DNA from: Torpedo marmorata
Taxonomy: Eukaryota
Reading direction: 5' to 3'
DNA length: 64,000 bases
Assembly: GCA_977017645.1 (NCBI GenBank)
Contig: OZ360257.1
Location: 15,314,001-15,378,000, forward strand
Part shown: positions 62,824-64,000 of the stretch, piece after piece
Layout of the letters: the number at the start of each line of letters is the position of its first letter
How positions within the stretch are numbered: position 1 is the first letter of the stretch
Position numbers and translations under genes: made by a program
The notes under the pieces: model-generated
Told to the model about the DNA's origin: nothing
Databases searched by the model: none
What the model saw: only the letters and a program-made list of their open reading frames with translations

Positions 62824-64000
62824 GTAAGTGATTTTGCTGCGATCTCGACCGCGTGTTTTCTGGTTGTCCGTATNNNNNNNNNNNNNNNNNNNNNNNNNNN
62901 NNNNNNNNNNNNNNNNNNNNNNNNNNNNNNNNNNNNNNNNNNNNNNNNNNNNNNNNNNNNNNNNNNNNNNNNNNNNNNNNNNNNNNNNNNNNNNNNNNNN
63001 NNNNNNNNNNTCGTCGCTCTGCCAGGATTTAAAGAATCTATTGACCTGAAGTTGTTGAAGTTAGACAATGTCCAGTCACTAGAAAATAAAACCGAAGACC
63101 TCTGGGCAATGCTGCTATATCAGAGACAGTTGAGACAAATCTCAGTTGTTTTCTGCTGCGAGTCCTGTCCAACAGAAAACACAAAGAACGCTGCGATCCG
63201 ACCAGAGGTTTTAATCATTCACAGGCTGGACTGGGACATGGTTCTGGCAAAGTGAAAGTTCACGGTGTTTGCTTTCCTGTTAATATCGGTTGGTGCACGG
63301 ACGTTGGTGTTCTTTCGAAATCTTCCTCCAGTGGCGGAGAGCAGATATCGATCAAATGAAAACTCTTCAATGTACCCCGAGGTTTCTCATCAGTTGTTCT
63401 CACCCGAGTTTATCTCCTTCACGACACCAATTACAAACAGGCACGTGCGGAGCTTCATGACGTGGTCAGTAAACAAGCCCACCCCGAGACACTTCCAGTC
63501 ACAGTCGTTGACTTTACCCAGGCCTGTCTTAAGAAAACCCTGCGCAAATATCACCAGCACGTAACCTGCTGTACCAGAGGCACCAGCTCATTTGATCATT
63601 GCGACAACACCATAGGGAGTGCCTACGTTCTTTCATGATAGAATATGTTGGTGTTTGCTGTCCACCCCATCTAAACCCCTCATGATGTTGTCTACCCCCA
63701 ATAATTCACCTCTTCCCCTTCATAGCTGCAGAGAAAAGCCCCAGCTCTGTCAACCTTCCTTCATATGATAGGTTCTGCAATCCAGGCAACACCTTTGCAC
63801 ACTCTCTAGAGCATCCAGATATTTCCTTTAAGGAGGCAACAATAACTGAACGCAACGATTTGAACTGTTTATCGTCACGTGTACGGGAAAAGGTGAAAAG
63901 ACGTTATATTGCCTGCTATCCAGGCAAATCAAGCCACATAAAATACAGCAGGCAGCGCAAGGATAAAAATAGTACAGGTGATAGTGTTACAATAAAGTAC

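Larger units (their letters stand above)
1139..64000 (+). repeat. Tandem segmental array of ~6 direct units (~12-14.5 kb), each with a family A GPCR gene, a family B GPCR pseudogene and shared TE relics
   Basis: Landmarks recur in the same order. Exon 1 lies at ~3623, 17392, 29569, 44153 and 62763. Exon 2 lies at 5470, 19217, 31415 and 50709. Near-identical ORF translations repeat in the ORF track (e.g. MAFATKIN... at 2870, 16616, 28807, 43377, 49292, 62001). Confidence 0.97.

Noticed and set aside
1-64000. CRISPR arrays, prokaryotic operons, rRNA genes or V(D)J recombination signals
   Set aside because: No repeat-spacer arrays or rRNA motifs were seen. I found no heptamer-spacer-nonamer pairs at the deletion junctions, so programmed rearrangement is unsupported.

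Overview
Vertebrate genomic DNA, almost certainly from a cartilaginous fish, probably a ray (inferred from HE1/V-type SINEs, HER1/CR1, Rex1/Babar and fish-type L1). From ~1139 to the end, the window is a head-to-tail array of about six ~12-14.5 kb units. Each unit carries a two-exon class A GPCR of the GPR139/GPR142-like type ('family A'), a co-oriented dead GPCR of a second subfamily ('family B'), and a shared set of old transposon fragments and microsatellites. Family A has a TATA promoter, a 52-61 nt coding exon 1, a phase-1 GT-AG intron and a ~0.9 kb exon 2. Three family A genes are intact (3623-6356, 17392-20130, 29578-32328). Unit 4 has lost exon 2 and unit 5 has lost its promoter and exon 1, so the two remnants could splice into one in-frame chimeric gene (44153-51622). 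A further copy starts at 62772 and runs off the window. Paralogs are highly similar but differ in clusters at predicted ligand-pocket positions (ECL1/TM3 and TM6/ECL3). This fits a young, diversifying receptor repertoire evolving by birth-and-death. The chemosensory or immune interpretation is inference. All comparisons were done by eye and family names come from recalled motifs, not database searches.
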